Of a stretch of DNA of 64,000 bases, positions 19,119 through 29,596 are shown one piece after another. Position numbers and translations under genes: made by a program. Source of the stretch: an uncultured Bacteroides sp. (GTDB lineage: Bacteria; Bacteroidota; Bacteroidia; Bacteroidales; UBA932); the NCBI GenBank assembly GCA_902472425.1, contig CABRNS010000003.1, positions 42,131 through 106,130 on the forward strand, written 5' to 3'. The notes below the pieces were generated by a model. That model was given only the letters and a program-made list of their open reading frames with translations, was not told the DNA's origin and searched no databases. Position 1 is the stretch's first letter. Each line of letters starts with the position of its first letter.

Positions 19119-19191
19119 AGCCACTCACCAGGCTCGAACTGGCGACCTGCGCGTTACGAATGCGCTGCTCTACCGACTGAGCTAAAGTGGC
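19119..19191 (-). tRNA. tRNA-Thr (anticodon CGT)
   Basis: Minus strand GCCACTTTAGCTCAGTCGGTAGAGCAGCGCATTCGTAACGCGCAGGTCGCCAGTTCGAGCCTGGTGAGTGGCT folds as a cloverleaf with anticodon loop TTCGTAA and T-loop TTCGAGC. Confidence 0.85.
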
Positions 19192-19274
19192 GTACAGACT
19201 GCAAATATACAAAAAAACTCCGATACCAAGAATATGTACCGGAGTTTTTATGTGATGACTTGAATTATTTGCGC

Positions 19275-20681
19275 CTAAGCCGTCTTCTTTTTCTTTGAAA
19301 ACATAAGTATTAGAATTGTTCCCAATATACCGGAGAATACGGAGCCCAGAAGAACCGCAATCTTACCGGCATCCCTAAGATGCATCATGATGTCGGCAGG
19401 AGCGTTGGCGAATGAAAGCGTGTCCACGAAAATGGACATCGTGAATCCGATACCTCCAAGGCATGCGACCGCGAAGAAAAGAGCCCAGTTGGCCTTATCC
19501 GGCATGGCACCGATCTTGAGTTTGATAGCTATCCAGCTGAACAGCGTGATGCCGAGAGGCTTTCCAAGGAGCAATCCGAGGAAAATACCCATGGATACGC
19601 TACCGAGCTCCGGACTGTAGTTGAATACGTTGAAATATGAAGCGTCGCTGATTTCCACACCGGCGTTGGCGAGGGCGAAGATAGGCATGATAAGGAAATT
19701 GACCCAAGGGGAGAGAGAATGCTCCACTCTGTAGCTCATGTCCATCGTTCCGTGTGCGACTTTTTCAAGCCTGCGCAGACAATGCTTCTGTGGTCCGTTA
19801 GGAAAAGACTCGTTGTCGATGCCTTCATATTTTTCCAACATGGCTATATAGTGATTGCGCTTGCGTATATATTGCGCCTTGTTGTATCGCGGTGCGGATG
19901 GAATCAGGAATGCCATTACCACGCCGGACATGGTGGCGTGTATTCCGCTGTAGTAGAATAGAACCCACACAAGAAATGCGCAGACAATGTATGGGAACAT
20001 CTTTTTCTCTCCGACTTTTCTCAGAAGCAGAGTTACGATAATCACGAGGGCAGCCATACCGAGAAGCTCAAGATTGATGTTGCCTCCATAGAAAAGGGCC
20101 ACTACCAATATGGCTATAAGGTCATCGGCTATGGCAAGCGCGGTGAGGAATACCTTCAGCGATACCGGTACCTTGTCGCCCAGCATGGAGAGTATGCAGA
20201 CCGCAAATGCAATATCGGTGGCAGTAGGAATACCCCATCCGGATGCGGCGAGCGTGCCGTGGTTGATAACTGTATAAATGACTGCCGGGGCGATGACTCC
20301 TCCGAATGCAGCTATGATTGGAAGCAGTGCTTTCTTGACTGATGAAAGTTCTCCGCAGGAAACTTCACGCTTAATCTCGAGCCCGACAGTGAAGAAGAAT
20401 ACGACCATCAGAATGTCGTTTATGAACTTCTCTATGGTCATATCGCGCGGGAACAACACATCCACAGTACCATTGTCGCTGAAGAGATGGACCCTGATGT
20501 TGGTCTCAAGGATGCTGTGGTAGAGTTCTCTGGTCAGAGGCAGATTGGCCAAAAGCATGGCCAGGGCTACGCAAGTGAGCAGCAGAACGCCTTGGAACCA
20601 TGGCTTTTTGGAGAGCCTGTCACTCTTGTGGTTGAAGTTGAGAATACCCTTGTTCCAGGTGTATATAGGAATTAGTTTCAT
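19275..20681 (-). CDS. nhaA: Na+/H+ antiporter NhaA
   Basis: 468 aa, about 12 TM; ALAIADDLIAILVVALFYG matches the NhaA signature region. Confidence 0.8.
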   Translation of the reverse strand: MKLIPIYTWNKGILNFNHKSDRLSKKPWFQGVLLLTCVALAMLLANLPLTRELYHSILETNIRVHLFSDNGTVDVLFPRDMTIEKFINDILMVVFFFTVGLEIKREVSCGELSSVKKALLPIIAAFGGVIAPAVIYTVINHGTLAASGWGIPTATDIAFAVCILSMLGDKVPVSLKVFLTALAIADDLIAILVVALFYGGNINLELLGMAALVIIVTLLLRKVGEKKMFPYIVCAFLVWVLFYYSGIHATMSGVVMAFLIPSAPRYNKAQYIRKRNHYIAMLEKYEGIDNESFPNGPQKHCLRRLEKVAHGTMDMSYRVEHSLSPWVNFLIMPIFALANAGVEISDASYFNVFNYSPELGSVSMGIFLGLLLGKPLGITLFSWIAIKLKIGAMPDKANWALFFAVACLGGIGFTMSIFVDTLSFANAPADIMMHLRDAGKIAVLLGSVFSGILGTILILMFSKKKKTA

Positions 20682-20698
20682 AAACTTAATGATATATG

Positions 20699-21265
20699 TT
20701 AAAATATTGTCTTGAAATCAAGTATGGAGTCTTCGCCGAATGTTCCTGTTATGTGGCACCGGTCGTCTTCCCTTTTGCACAATGTGCTCCTTCTGTCGAT
20801 TTCTATGGCCAGAATGTCTCCGATGCGAAGGTAACAGTATTTGGAAACTTTCTCTATGGCTGATTCAATCATACGGCTCGAGCCCTTGTCGTAACTAAGC
20901 AGCGGGGCGCCGTCTTTGCTCAGCTTGAACCTATTCTGCTGTCCGTCAAGTCTTGTCGGAGGATACGTGGGAAACGTGAGAAAGGAGGTGTGATCCACAC
21001 AACAGGCACTTGCGAACCCTTCCGGGCCCTTGCTTATCAGGTCCTCTGGGTATAGGAGGACTCCGTATCCTATGCCGTCATAATATCTGGACGCAAACTT
21101 GGATGATATGCTGCGTCCCGGCTTGGATATCCTTGCAAAAAGCACCGGAGTCCAACTTATGGTGTTGATGAACTCCGGAACATAAAGGTCTTCGTTGTCT
21201 CTTTCCCAAGTTGTGTCCGGCCGAACGAAAACATTGGAATCGGAACTGAATACCACTATATTCAT
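20699..21265 (-). CDS. hypothetical protein
   Basis: 188-aa ORF overlapping the stop of the upstream exonuclease gene by 4 nt; no recognisable motif. Confidence 0.45.
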   Translation of the reverse strand: MNIVVFSSDSNVFVRPDTTWERDNEDLYVPEFINTISWTPVLFARISKPGRSISSKFASRYYDGIGYGVLLYPEDLISKGPEGFASACCVDHTSFLTFPTYPPTRLDGQQNRFKLSKDGAPLLSYDKGSSRMIESAIEKVSKYCYLRIGDILAIEIDRRSTLCKREDDRCHITGTFGEDSILDFKTIF

Positions 21266-22122
21266 CGGTGATTCTCCGTTTTGAATGGTCTTACATTGAA
21301 CTTGTCAGCGGACATAAGCGTCTCTCTGGTATATTCCTGCTCCAGTCTTGCAAACTGGGCTTTGGTCTCAAGGGTGAAACTGCTCTGCTGTATCCATTTG
21401 AAATAATTGGGCTCATTCTTGAACACCTCACGCGCACGTTTGCCTTTATGCTTGCCGAAATTGATGACAGGCTCGTTCTTGTCGTCATACACGAGAGTGC
21501 CCGCAAAATCCACATATCTTTTGGGTGCGTATGATGCCAGGGATTTGACGTCGTTCTTGAGGGTGTCGTACCTGTCAAGCTGAGCTTTGAGCACTTCGTA
21601 TGTGGCAATGGTATCGGCTTCGGCCGTGTGGGCGTTGTCAAAGTCCTCTCCTCCGCAGTAGAACCTGTATGCTGCCTTCAGGTTGCGCGGCTCCATCGTG
21701 TGGTAGATGTTCTGGACATCCACCATAAGCGGCTCATGAAGATTCACCTTCAGATCAAGTCCGGCGAGTTTGGCTCTTTCGAACTCTTCCGCAAGCATAG
21801 GGAGATCGAATTTGGCGGAGTTGAATCCGGCAAGGTTGCTGTCTTTGAGCCATTCGGCTATTTCAGGAGCATACTCATAGAAAGTACGGCAGTCCACAAG
21901 CATGTCATCAGTGATACCGTTGACTTTGGATGCTTCCGGATTCATGGGTCTCTGGCACTGCTTTTCGTAGTCCCATGGCTTGATCTTCCATGTCTTTATG
22001 CGGGTTTCTCCTCCGGGAAGAACTTTTACGAAACTGAGCTCCACTATGGAGTCCGCAGGTATATTCAGCCCCGTGCTTTCTATGTCAAAGAATATAAGGG
22101 GCTTGTCAAGGTTCAATTCCAT
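21262..22122 (-). CDS. DEDD 3'-5' exonuclease (DNA polymerase III epsilon-like)
   Basis: Start at MELNLDKPLIFFDIESTGLN (exo I motif DxE); follows dnaN as in Bacteroides. Confidence 0.75.
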   Translation of the reverse strand: MELNLDKPLIFFDIESTGLNIPADSIVELSFVKVLPGGETRIKTWKIKPWDYEKQCQRPMNPEASKVNGITDDMLVDCRTFYEYAPEIAEWLKDSNLAGFNSAKFDLPMLAEEFERAKLAGLDLKVNLHEPLMVDVQNIYHTMEPRNLKAAYRFYCGGEDFDNAHTAEADTIATYEVLKAQLDRYDTLKNDVKSLASYAPKRYVDFAGTLVYDDKNEPVINFGKHKGKRAREVFKNEPNYFKWIQQSSFTLETKAQFARLEQEYTRETLMSADKFNVRPFKTENHR

Positions 22123-22132
22123 CTCGATAGTC

Positions 22133-23266
22133 TTATGATACCATAATCGGCATGAGGATGCCGCAAATCTTGCTGCTGCTCTCTTCTTCCTCGGAAGGAA
22201 TGATGAGCGCCGCCCTGCGGGCATCTGCGAACTTCATGACCAGAGTGGTGCAGTCTATGTTGTTGAGGATGTCTATAAGGAACGAGGACTTGAATCCGAT
22301 GCTGAGGTTCTCTCCCTTGTAGTCGCAGAGAATCTTTTCGTATGCAGCCAGAGCGAATCCAAGGTCCTGCGCCGTGATCTCAAGCTGTCCTTCGGAAAGA
22401 TCCATTTTGATATGGTTGGACGCTTTGTTGGCACATACGGCTACGCGTCGGACGGTGTCAAGCAGCTGGGCGCGGTCTATTCTGAGAATATTGGCGTTGT
22501 TCTGCGGAATCACCCTGCGATAATCAGGGAACTTGCCGAGAATCAGGCGGCACACCATCATGGTATTGCCGAAATGGAAGACAACCATACTGGAGTCGAA
22601 TTCCAGGGTAACATCTCCTTCTTCCTTGTCAAGAATGCTCCTAAGGATTGCAGCCGGTTTCTTGTGGAGTATGAATGATGATTTCTCGCTTATCCGGGCA
22701 TCTTTGGTGGTGTAGCAGATGAGCTTGTGTGAATCTGAAGCCACGAGTGTCGTGGAATCCGGATCCATGTCGAAGAAGATACCGTTCATTGCCGGTCTCA
22801 TCTCATCGTCCGCAGTGGCGTATATGGTACTGCTGATTCCTTCACACAGAGTGTGTGCCGGGAAACTTGCCTTGACCGCGTTGTCCGACGTGCCTTTGAT
22901 TTCAGGGTAGTCGGCGGCGGAAAAATACGGATGTGAAGAATTTCCGCTGTTCCAAATGCACTCGAATGACCCTTCCGCTGCATTGCTTCCGGATGTTTTG
23001 ATTTCAATCGGCTGGTCCGGGAGATTTTTCAGAAGGTCAATCAGTTGTCTTGCAGGTACAGCGATGCTTCCATCAGAAACGGAATTCGTGACTTCAATGC
23101 TTGTGCGAAGCGTGAGCTCCTGGTCTGAAGCGGTAATCTCAAGAATATTGTCTTTCAGTACAAAAAGAAAGTTCTCCAAAATGGGAAGTGCTGTCTTGGT
23201 CGGTATCGCTTTGGATACATCCATAATGCCTTTTAGCAGGCTGGCGCTTGAAATGCTGAATTCCAT
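22133..23266 (-). CDS. dnaN: DNA polymerase III beta sliding clamp
   Basis: 377 aa, MEFSISSASLLKGIMDVSKAIPTKTALPILENFLF N-terminus typical of DnaN. Confidence 0.9.
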   Translation of the reverse strand: MEFSISSASLLKGIMDVSKAIPTKTALPILENFLFVLKDNILEITASDQELTLRTSIEVTNSVSDGSIAVPARQLIDLLKNLPDQPIEIKTSGSNAAEGSFECIWNSGNSSHPYFSAADYPEIKGTSDNAVKASFPAHTLCEGISSTIYATADDEMRPAMNGIFFDMDPDSTTLVASDSHKLICYTTKDARISEKSSFILHKKPAAILRSILDKEEGDVTLEFDSSMVVFHFGNTMMVCRLILGKFPDYRRVIPQNNANILRIDRAQLLDTVRRVAVCANKASNHIKMDLSEGQLEITAQDLGFALAAYEKILCDYKGENLSIGFKSSFLIDILNNIDCTTLVMKFADARRAALIIPSEEEESSSKICGILMPIMVS

Positions 23267-23294
23267 ATCTCGTACTATAAATGTTCAATGAGTA

Positions 23295-23302
23295 CAAATT
23301 TA
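23295..23302 (-). promoter_or_regulatory. candidate -7 box (TAAATTTG, minus strand) for dnaN
   Basis: TAnnTTTG 29 nt upstream of the dnaN ATG. Confidence 0.35.
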
Positions 23303-23396
23303 GTAATTATATCAATAAAACTGGCATATTATTTGACAATTTTGGGCTGTTGCGCTTATATGTGCGCCACGAACGTTTAACAGATAATTCTAAAAA

Positions 23397-24818
23397 GTGA
23401 ATGATATGAATAAAAACATCATTACAGTGGCGGCTTCAGTGCTGCTGAGCGGTTTGGCTGCCTTCGGAATCGTCAAGGCGGCGACGCCTGACATACAGAC
23501 TCTGGAAAATGTGACTCCGCAGGGACAGACCACCCGGACTGTCAATTTGTCATTGTCGGACTATCCGGATTTTACATACGCTGCCGAGAATGCAGTAGAG
23601 GCGGTCGTGTATGTGAAAGTGACGGTGAAAAGCCGTCAGCAGCAGTATATTGACCCATTCTTCCGCTTTTTCTTCGGAGATGAGAACATGCAGTCTTCCG
23701 AGCGCGTGCGCCAGGGGAGTGGCTCCGGAGTTATAATCCGCCAGGACGGTTATATCGTTACCAACAACCATGTTGTGGACAACGCGACATCCGTTCAGGT
23801 CACGCTCAACAACAACAAGACCTACGATGCCAAGGTTATCGGTACCGATCCGGCTACTGATGTCGCACTCATCAAAATAGAGGAGACCGGACTTCCTGTG
23901 CTTCAGTTCGCGGATTCTGACGAATTGCGTCTCGGGGAGTGGGTACTTGCTATCGGAAGCCCTCTCGGAGAGGAGTTGCGCTCTACCATTACGGCAGGCA
24001 TAGTCAGCGCCAAGGGCCGTTCCATGAGCAATACGGGAGAATTCAAGATTGAGTCTTTCATTCAGACCGATGCCGCAGTGAACCCTGGAAATTCCGGTGG
24101 AGCATTGGTGAACAAGGCTGGTGAACTGGTGGGTATCAACACCGCCATCATATCTACGACTGGCTCGTTTACCGGTTACTCCTTTGCCGTACCTTCCAAT
24201 ATCGTACACAAGGTTGTGTCTGATTTGATAGACTTCGGCTCTGTGAAGAGAGCGAAACTCGGAGTTTCAATGTCGGCAATTGATGAAAAAACTGCCGAGG
24301 AAATGAAACTTTCTTCTCTTGACGGCGTATATATACACGAAGTCGTTAAGGGCGGAGCAGCGGACAAGGCTGGTGTGAAGAGCAAGGATGTGCTTGTGGC
24401 CATCGATTCTCATCCTATCAAGTCACCTGCTTCCCTTCAGGAGAGAGTGAACAGTTTTCATCCGGGAGACAAGGCTGTCCTGAAAGTCATACGTGACGGG
24501 CAAGAGTTGGAACTTCCTGTAGTATTCCTTGAGGAGAGTTCTGTCAACGGTACTGTGGCAGAGGATGGTACGGTAATGTTCTACGGCGCCAGTCTTAAGG
24601 CGGCTGCCAAGGGCGTGGAGATTGTTTCTGTAGGCAACGGCAAGATTGCCAAGCAGGGCGTAGAGGACGGCTTTGTCATCCTGTATGTAAATGATCAGAA
24701 GGTCAGCAAGCCGCAGGATGTGATAAACATAGCCAAGAAGAGCAGAAGATCCGTATTTATTGAAGGCATTACAGCCTCAGGAAGACCTGGATACTTCGGT
24801 TTCGGAAAGGACGAATAG
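23397..24818 (+). CDS. htrA: periplasmic serine endoprotease DegP/HtrA with two PDZ domains
   Basis: Catalytic triad context [23 protein letters not shown]; signal peptide; 473 aa. Confidence 0.9.
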   Translation: MNDMNKNIITVAASVLLSGLAAFGIVKAATPDIQTLENVTPQGQTTRTVNLSLSDYPDFTYAAENAVEAVVYVKVTVKSRQQQYIDPFFRFFFGDENMQSSERVRQGSGSGVIIRQDGYIVTNNHVVDNATSVQVTLNNNKTYDAKVIGTDPATDVALIKIEETGLPVLQFADSDELRLGEWVLAIGSPLGEELRSTITAGIVSAKGRSMSNTGEFKIESFIQTDAAVNPGNSGGALVNKAGELVGINTAIISTTGSFTGYSFAVPSNIVHKVVSDLIDFGSVKRAKLGVSMSAIDEKTAEEMKLSSLDGVYIHEVVKGGAADKAGVKSKDVLVAIDSHPIKSPASLQERVNSFHPGDKAVLKVIRDGQELELPVVFLEESSVNGTVAEDGTVMFYGASLKAAAKGVEIVSVGNGKIAKQGVEDGFVILYVNDQKVSKPQDVINIAKKSRRSVFIEGITASGRPGYFGFGKDE

Positions 24819-24841
24819 ACATTCGTGCTGAGATATATAAG

Positions 24842-24872
24842 TCGCGGTCGGGATGTCCCGATCGCGATTTTG
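24842..24872 (+). terminator. intrinsic terminator after htrA
   Basis: 12-bp stem TCGCGGTCGGGA / TCCCGATCGCGA (one G-U pair), 2-nt loop, followed by TTTTG. Confidence 0.6.
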
Positions 24873-24898
24873 CGTGTAGTAAAAACATAAACAAATAT

Positions 24899-25759
24899 AT
24901 GAGACAGTTAAAAATTACAAAGTCAATTACCAACCGCGAAAGTGCATCTCTGGATAAATACCTCCAGGAGATTGGACGAGAGGAGTTGGTATCACCTGAG
25001 GAAGAGGTGGAACTTGCCCAGCGTATCAGAAAGGGCGATCAGGAAGCTCTTGAAAAACTTACTAGGGCCAATCTTCGTTTCGTGGTATCTGTAGCCAAGC
25101 AGTATCAGAATCAGGGACTCAGCCTTCCGGACCTTATCAACGAGGGCAACCTCGGACTTATAAAGGCTGCGGAGAAATTCGATGAGACCAGAGGCTTTAA
25201 GTTTATTTCGTATGCAGTATGGTGGATTCGCCAGTCCATTCTTCAGGCGCTTGCCGAGCAGAGCCGTATTGTGAGACTGCCTCTGAATCAGGTGGGCTCC
25301 CTGAACAAGATTAACAAGGCTCTCGGAAAATTCGAGCAGGAAAACGAACGCCAGCCTTCCACAGAAGAGCTTGCGGACATGATAGATATTCCTAAGGACA
25401 AGATTGCCGATACTCTCAGGGTTTCCGGAAGACATGTCAGTGTGGACGCTCCGTTCGTGGAGGGTGAAGACAACAGTCTTCTTGATGTCCTTCCAAACGA
25501 CGATTCTCCAAGTGCCGACAGAGGACTTACCAATGAGTCTCTCGGTACAGAGATTGAGCGCGCCCTTCAGATTCTTACTGTAAGGGAGCGTGAAATCATC
25601 AAGTCGTTTTTCGGTATCGGCTGCCAGGAAATGACTCTCGAAGAGATAGGTGAAAGACTTGATCTTACACGGGAGAGAGTAAGGCAGATAAAAGAGAAGG
25701 CTATACGCAAACTCAAGAAGCCGTCTGCAAGTAAACTGCTTAAATCATATCTCGGGTAA
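24899..25759 (+). CDS. rpoD: primary RNA polymerase sigma factor (sigma-A/RpoD, short Bacteroidetes form)
   Basis: 286 aa; regions 2-4 conserved ([10 protein letters not shown], helix-turn-helix at the C-terminus). Confidence 0.9.
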   Translation: MRQLKITKSITNRESASLDKYLQEIGREELVSPEEEVELAQRIRKGDQEALEKLTRANLRFVVSVAKQYQNQGLSLPDLINEGNLGLIKAAEKFDETRGFKFISYAVWWIRQSILQALAEQSRIVRLPLNQVGSLNKINKALGKFEQENERQPSTEELADMIDIPKDKIADTLRVSGRHVSVDAPFVEGEDNSLLDVLPNDDSPSADRGLTNESLGTEIERALQILTVREREIIKSFFGIGCQEMTLEEIGERLDLTRERVRQIKEKAIRKLKKPSASKLLKSYLG

Positions 25760-27489
25760 TGACAGCGGAACAGTTTATCGCCCTTAAGGCCTCAGAGGCT
25801 ATAAGGGCAGTATATTCGGCTGAAATTGAGCCGTCTGCGCTTCAGATTCAGCCTACACGTAAGGAATTTGAGGGGGATTATACCCTTGTGGTGTTCCCGC
25901 TCCTTCGTATTACACACCAGTCTCCTGATGCGAGCGGCAATGCCATCGGCGAATGGCTTGTGGCCAACTGCTCCGAGATTCGGGCGTTCAACTCGGTAAA
26001 GGGATTTCTTAATCTGAGTCTGTCTCAAGTCTATTGGAAGGAGTCTCTGGAAGGAGTGGTGTCTGACGAGAATTTCGGAAAACTGCCTTCCACCGGACGC
26101 AGAATCATGGTGGAATTCTCTTCTCCTAATACCAACAAGCCGCTTCATCTCGGGCATGTGCGCAATAATCTTCTCGGATCATCCGTATCAAATCTGCTTG
26201 CGGCCGCAGGTAATGACGTTATCAAAACCACGCTTGTAAACGACCGCGGAGTACATATCTGCAAGTCCATGTATGCGTGGGAAAAGCGTTTTAACGGAGC
26301 TACGCCTGAAAGTACCGGCAAGAAAGGTGACCATCTGGTAGGTGACTGCTATGTGGAGTTTGCCAAGATGGAAAAAGAAAATCCTGCAGTCATGGATGAC
26401 GTGCATGAGATGCTTGTGAAATGGGAAGAAGGCGACCCTCAGGTAAGAAGACTCTGGGAGATGATGAACGAGTGGGTGTTCGCCGGATTCGAGCAGACCT
26501 ATAAGGCTCTTGGCATCACTTTCGACAAGACTTATTATGAACACGATACTTATCTTCTCGGTAAGGAACTCGTACATAGAGGCTTGGATATGGGAGTTTT
26601 TGTAAAAGATCCGGACGGGTCGGTATGGTGTGACCTTACCTCCGACGGACTTGACCGCAAACTGCTTCTCCGCTCCGACGGTACATCTGTGTATATTACC
26701 CAGGATCTCGGTACCGCGGAACGCAGATTCTCGGAATACAAGCTGGATTCTCACATATATGTGGTGGGCGATGAGCAGAATTACCATTTCCAGGTGCTCA
26801 AGCTGATTCTCAAAAAACTCGGGTTCGACTGGGCGGATCAGATATTCCATCTGTCATACGGAATGGTGGAACTTCCGGAAGGAAAGATGAAGTCAAGGGA
26901 AGGAACGGTTGTGGATGCGGATGATCTCATCGCCAAGATGTACGACGAGGCAAAGGCTACATCAGAGGAAAGCGGCAAGCTTGCAGAACTCTCGGAAGAG
27001 GAAAAAGACAGGCTGTATTCCATGATTGGACTTGGTGCTCTCAAGTACTTCATTCTGAAAGTCGATCCTAAGAAGAAGATGCTCTTTAACCCTAAAGAGT
27101 CGATAGACTTCAATGGCAATACCGGTCCTTTCATCCAGTACACTCATGCCAGAATCTGTTCTATCCTCCGCAAGGCGCAGCAGCAGGGATTCAGTACATC
27201 TATGCCGGATAGCGCCGAATTGAGCGCAAAGGAAATACGGCTGGTGAAGATTCTGTCTTCCTATCCGCAGAAAGTCTCCGAGGCGGCATCTGCACTCTCT
27301 CCTGCACTCATAGCCAATTATTGCTATGAACTTGCCAAGGAATTCAATCAGTACTATCACGATACGGGTATCCTCAAGGAACCTGACGCCAACTTGCGTG
27401 CGATGAGACTCGCTCTCATATCCGCCCTGGCTTCAGTACTTCGTAGAGGAATGAATATTCTTGGAATTGAACTGCCTGAGCGAATGTAA
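25759..27489 (+). CDS. argS: arginine--tRNA ligase
   Basis: 576 aa; PNTNKPLHLGHVRN (HIGH motif); TAATG overlap with the rpoD stop. Confidence 0.9.
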   Translation: MTAEQFIALKASEAIRAVYSAEIEPSALQIQPTRKEFEGDYTLVVFPLLRITHQSPDASGNAIGEWLVANCSEIRAFNSVKGFLNLSLSQVYWKESLEGVVSDENFGKLPSTGRRIMVEFSSPNTNKPLHLGHVRNNLLGSSVSNLLAAAGNDVIKTTLVNDRGVHICKSMYAWEKRFNGATPESTGKKGDHLVGDCYVEFAKMEKENPAVMDDVHEMLVKWEEGDPQVRRLWEMMNEWVFAGFEQTYKALGITFDKTYYEHDTYLLGKELVHRGLDMGVFVKDPDGSVWCDLTSDGLDRKLLLRSDGTSVYITQDLGTAERRFSEYKLDSHIYVVGDEQNYHFQVLKLILKKLGFDWADQIFHLSYGMVELPEGKMKSREGTVVDADDLIAKMYDEAKATSEESGKLAELSEEEKDRLYSMIGLGALKYFILKVDPKKKMLFNPKESIDFNGNTGPFIQYTHARICSILRKAQQQGFSTSMPDSAELSAKEIRLVKILSSYPQKVSEAASALSPALIANYCYELAKEFNQYYHDTGILKEPDANLRAMRLALISALASVLRRGMNILGIELPERM

Positions 27490-29191
27490 TATACCGACTT
27501 CCGTAAAGGAAGTTCAGAGGCTCGGATGGGACTACATAGACGTGATCTTCTTTACAGGTGACGCCTTTGTGGATCATCCGAGTTTCGGCACGGCGTGTAT
27601 AGCCAGATACCTCGAAAAATTCGGTTACCGGGTAGCTGTGGTGCCACAGCCGAACTGGAAGGACGACTTGAGGGACTTCCGCAAGTTGGGCGCTCCAAGG
27701 CTGTATTTTGCAGTGAACTCCGGGGCGATGGATTCCATGGTCAACCATTATACCGCAGCCAGGCGTTTGCGTCATGAAGACGCATACACTCCTGACGGAC
27801 AGTTTGGAAGAAGACCGGACAGGGCAGTCACAGTATATACCAAGATACTTAAGCGGCTGTGGCCTGACGTACCTGTGGTCATAGGAGGCGTCGAGGCTTC
27901 GCTCAGGCGTCTTGCCCATTATGATTATTGGGATAATTCCATTCACCCGTCGATTCTTGTGGACAGCGGAGCCGATTGGCTCTGTTATGGAATGGGGGAG
28001 CGTACGATGCTTGAGCTGACAAGGGCAATAGAGAACGGGCGGAATCTCAGGCAGATGGAGAATATTGCGCAACTGGCGTTCTACCGTAAGGGTGTATGCA
28101 AGCTTGATGGCGCGCTTGTGCTTCATTCCTACGAGCAGTGCCTTGAAGAACCCCGCTCGTTCGCCGAGAATTTTCATCAGATTGAGGTTCATGCCAATAT
28201 GCTTACGCCTCAGACCTTGGTGGAACCGGTGGGAGATGGTTATGTCAGGGTAAATCCTCCTCTTCCTCCGGCAACAACCGAGGAAATGGATTCTTTCTGG
28301 GATCTTCCTTTTACCAAAAAACCGCATCCGAGATACAAAGGAAAGCGGATTCCGGCTTATGACATGATCAAGGACTCCATCATTACCCACAGGGGCTGTT
28401 TTGGGGGATGTAATTTCTGTACCATAGCGGCGCATCAGGGTAAATTTATCCAGTCCCGCTCCGAAGAGTCTATTCTCAAGGAAGTGCGGGAACTTGCCGC
28501 CATGCCGGAATTCAGGGGTAACATATCGGATCTCGGGGCACCTACGGCCAATATGTACGGTATGCATGGTAAAGACCCGTCAAGATGTGCCGTATGCCGG
28601 AGGAAGTCGTGCCTTTTCCCTTCTCCTTGCAGTAATATGGATCGTAATCATGAGCGGGTGCTTGCGCTTTACCGGCGCGTGGATGCAGTGAAAGGTATAA
28701 GGCATTCGTATATCGGAAGCGGTGTGAGGTACGATCTTTTTCTTGACGAGAAAGGATTTGTCGATGGAAGCGGAAAGAAATATCTCCGTGAACTTATGCT
28801 GCGCCATACCAGCGGGCGACTTAAAGTGGCACCTGAGCATACTGAAGATAAGGTGCTGTATTATATGGCGAAACCTTCTTTCAGTCTTTTCGAACGGCTT
28901 CGTGCTGAATTTGACAAGATCAACAGAGAGGAGGGGACGCACACGGAGCTTGTGCCGTATTTTATCTCGTCTCATCCGGGATGTACGCTCCAGGATATGC
29001 GCAAGCTGGCTTCCAATAAGTCCCTCAAAGGCATTTGGATGGAGCAGGTTCAGGATTTTATGCCTACTCCGATGACCACTTCGTCCATTATGTTCTGCAC
29101 GGGTCTTGACCCTCGTACGATGAAAGAGGTATTCGTGGAACATGACCCCGAAAGAAAAAAGGAACAAAAGTCTTTGTTTTTCAGAAAATAG
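27461..29191 (+). CDS. ygiQ: YgiQ-family radical SAM protein (UPF0313)
   Basis: GWDYIDVIFFTGDAFVDHPSFG N-domain, CNFC..CxxC cluster; start is a TTG at 27461 overlapping argS by 29 nt (no in-frame ATG), so exact start uncertain. Confidence 0.8.
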   Translation: MELNCLSECNIPTSVKEVQRLGWDYIDVIFFTGDAFVDHPSFGTACIARYLEKFGYRVAVVPQPNWKDDLRDFRKLGAPRLYFAVNSGAMDSMVNHYTAARRLRHEDAYTPDGQFGRRPDRAVTVYTKILKRLWPDVPVVIGGVEASLRRLAHYDYWDNSIHPSILVDSGADWLCYGMGERTMLELTRAIENGRNLRQMENIAQLAFYRKGVCKLDGALVLHSYEQCLEEPRSFAENFHQIEVHANMLTPQTLVEPVGDGYVRVNPPLPPATTEEMDSFWDLPFTKKPHPRYKGKRIPAYDMIKDSIITHRGCFGGCNFCTIAAHQGKFIQSRSEESILKEVRELAAMPEFRGNISDLGAPTANMYGMHGKDPSRCAVCRRKSCLFPSPCSNMDRNHERVLALYRRVDAVKGIRHSYIGSGVRYDLFLDEKGFVDGSGKKYLRELMLRHTSGRLKVAPEHTEDKVLYYMAKPSFSLFERLRAEFDKINREEGTHTELVPYFISSHPGCTLQDMRKLASNKSLKGIWMEQVQDFMPTPMTTSSIMFCTGLDPRTMKEVFVEHDPERKKEQKSLFFRK

Positions 29192-29221
29192 TATCATCTT
29201 TGCAGTCTCAAATGCATTAGT

Positions 29222-29596
29222 ATGGCGCAGGACAATAAGAAAAGACACATTATCAGTTATGAGAATATGCCACGTGAGTTGGCAGAGGTTTTTGCAGAGA
29301 AGTATCCGAAGGGTTTCAGTGACTATCTTCCGGATCTTACCAAATATAACAAGCCGGACGGAACTCCCTTTTATGCAGTGTTGATAGAGCTTCCGGAAGA
29401 TATTTATCTTGTGAAGATTAAGGTCAAGATAGATGATGCGGACGATATCAAGAACTGGCTTGAAGGAGAGGAAGAGGCGGAGGCCGAAGAAGTTGCAGGA
29501 GCAACATCTGAGCCTGTCGATGATGAGGGTACGATTCCGGACGACAATATTTCCCAGTACGGTTCTGATGATGATTCTGCGGATTCCGGTGAATAG
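29222..29596 (+). CDS. hypothetical acidic protein
   Basis: 124 aa, basic/neutral N-half then strongly acidic tail (EGEEEAEAEEVAGATSEPVDDEG...DDDSADSGE). Confidence 0.5.
   Translation: MAQDNKKRHIISYENMPRELAEVFAEKYPKGFSDYLPDLTKYNKPDGTPFYAVLIELPEDIYLVKIKVKIDDADDIKNWLEGEEEAEAEEVAGATSEPVDDEGTIPDDNISQYGSDDDSADSGE

Noticed and set aside
27461-27489. Possibility that ygiQ is a pseudogene because it lacks an ATG start
   Set aside because: The reading frame is intact for 576 aa with all YgiQ motifs; a TTG start overlapping argS is plausible in a translationally coupled rpoD-argS-ygiQ operon.
29433-29570. Upstream extension of the ClC ORF (MMRTISRTGLKERKRRRPKK...)
   Set aside because: Would overlap more than half of the acidic-protein gene in another frame and adds a non-membrane basic segment atypical for ClC; later start chosen.
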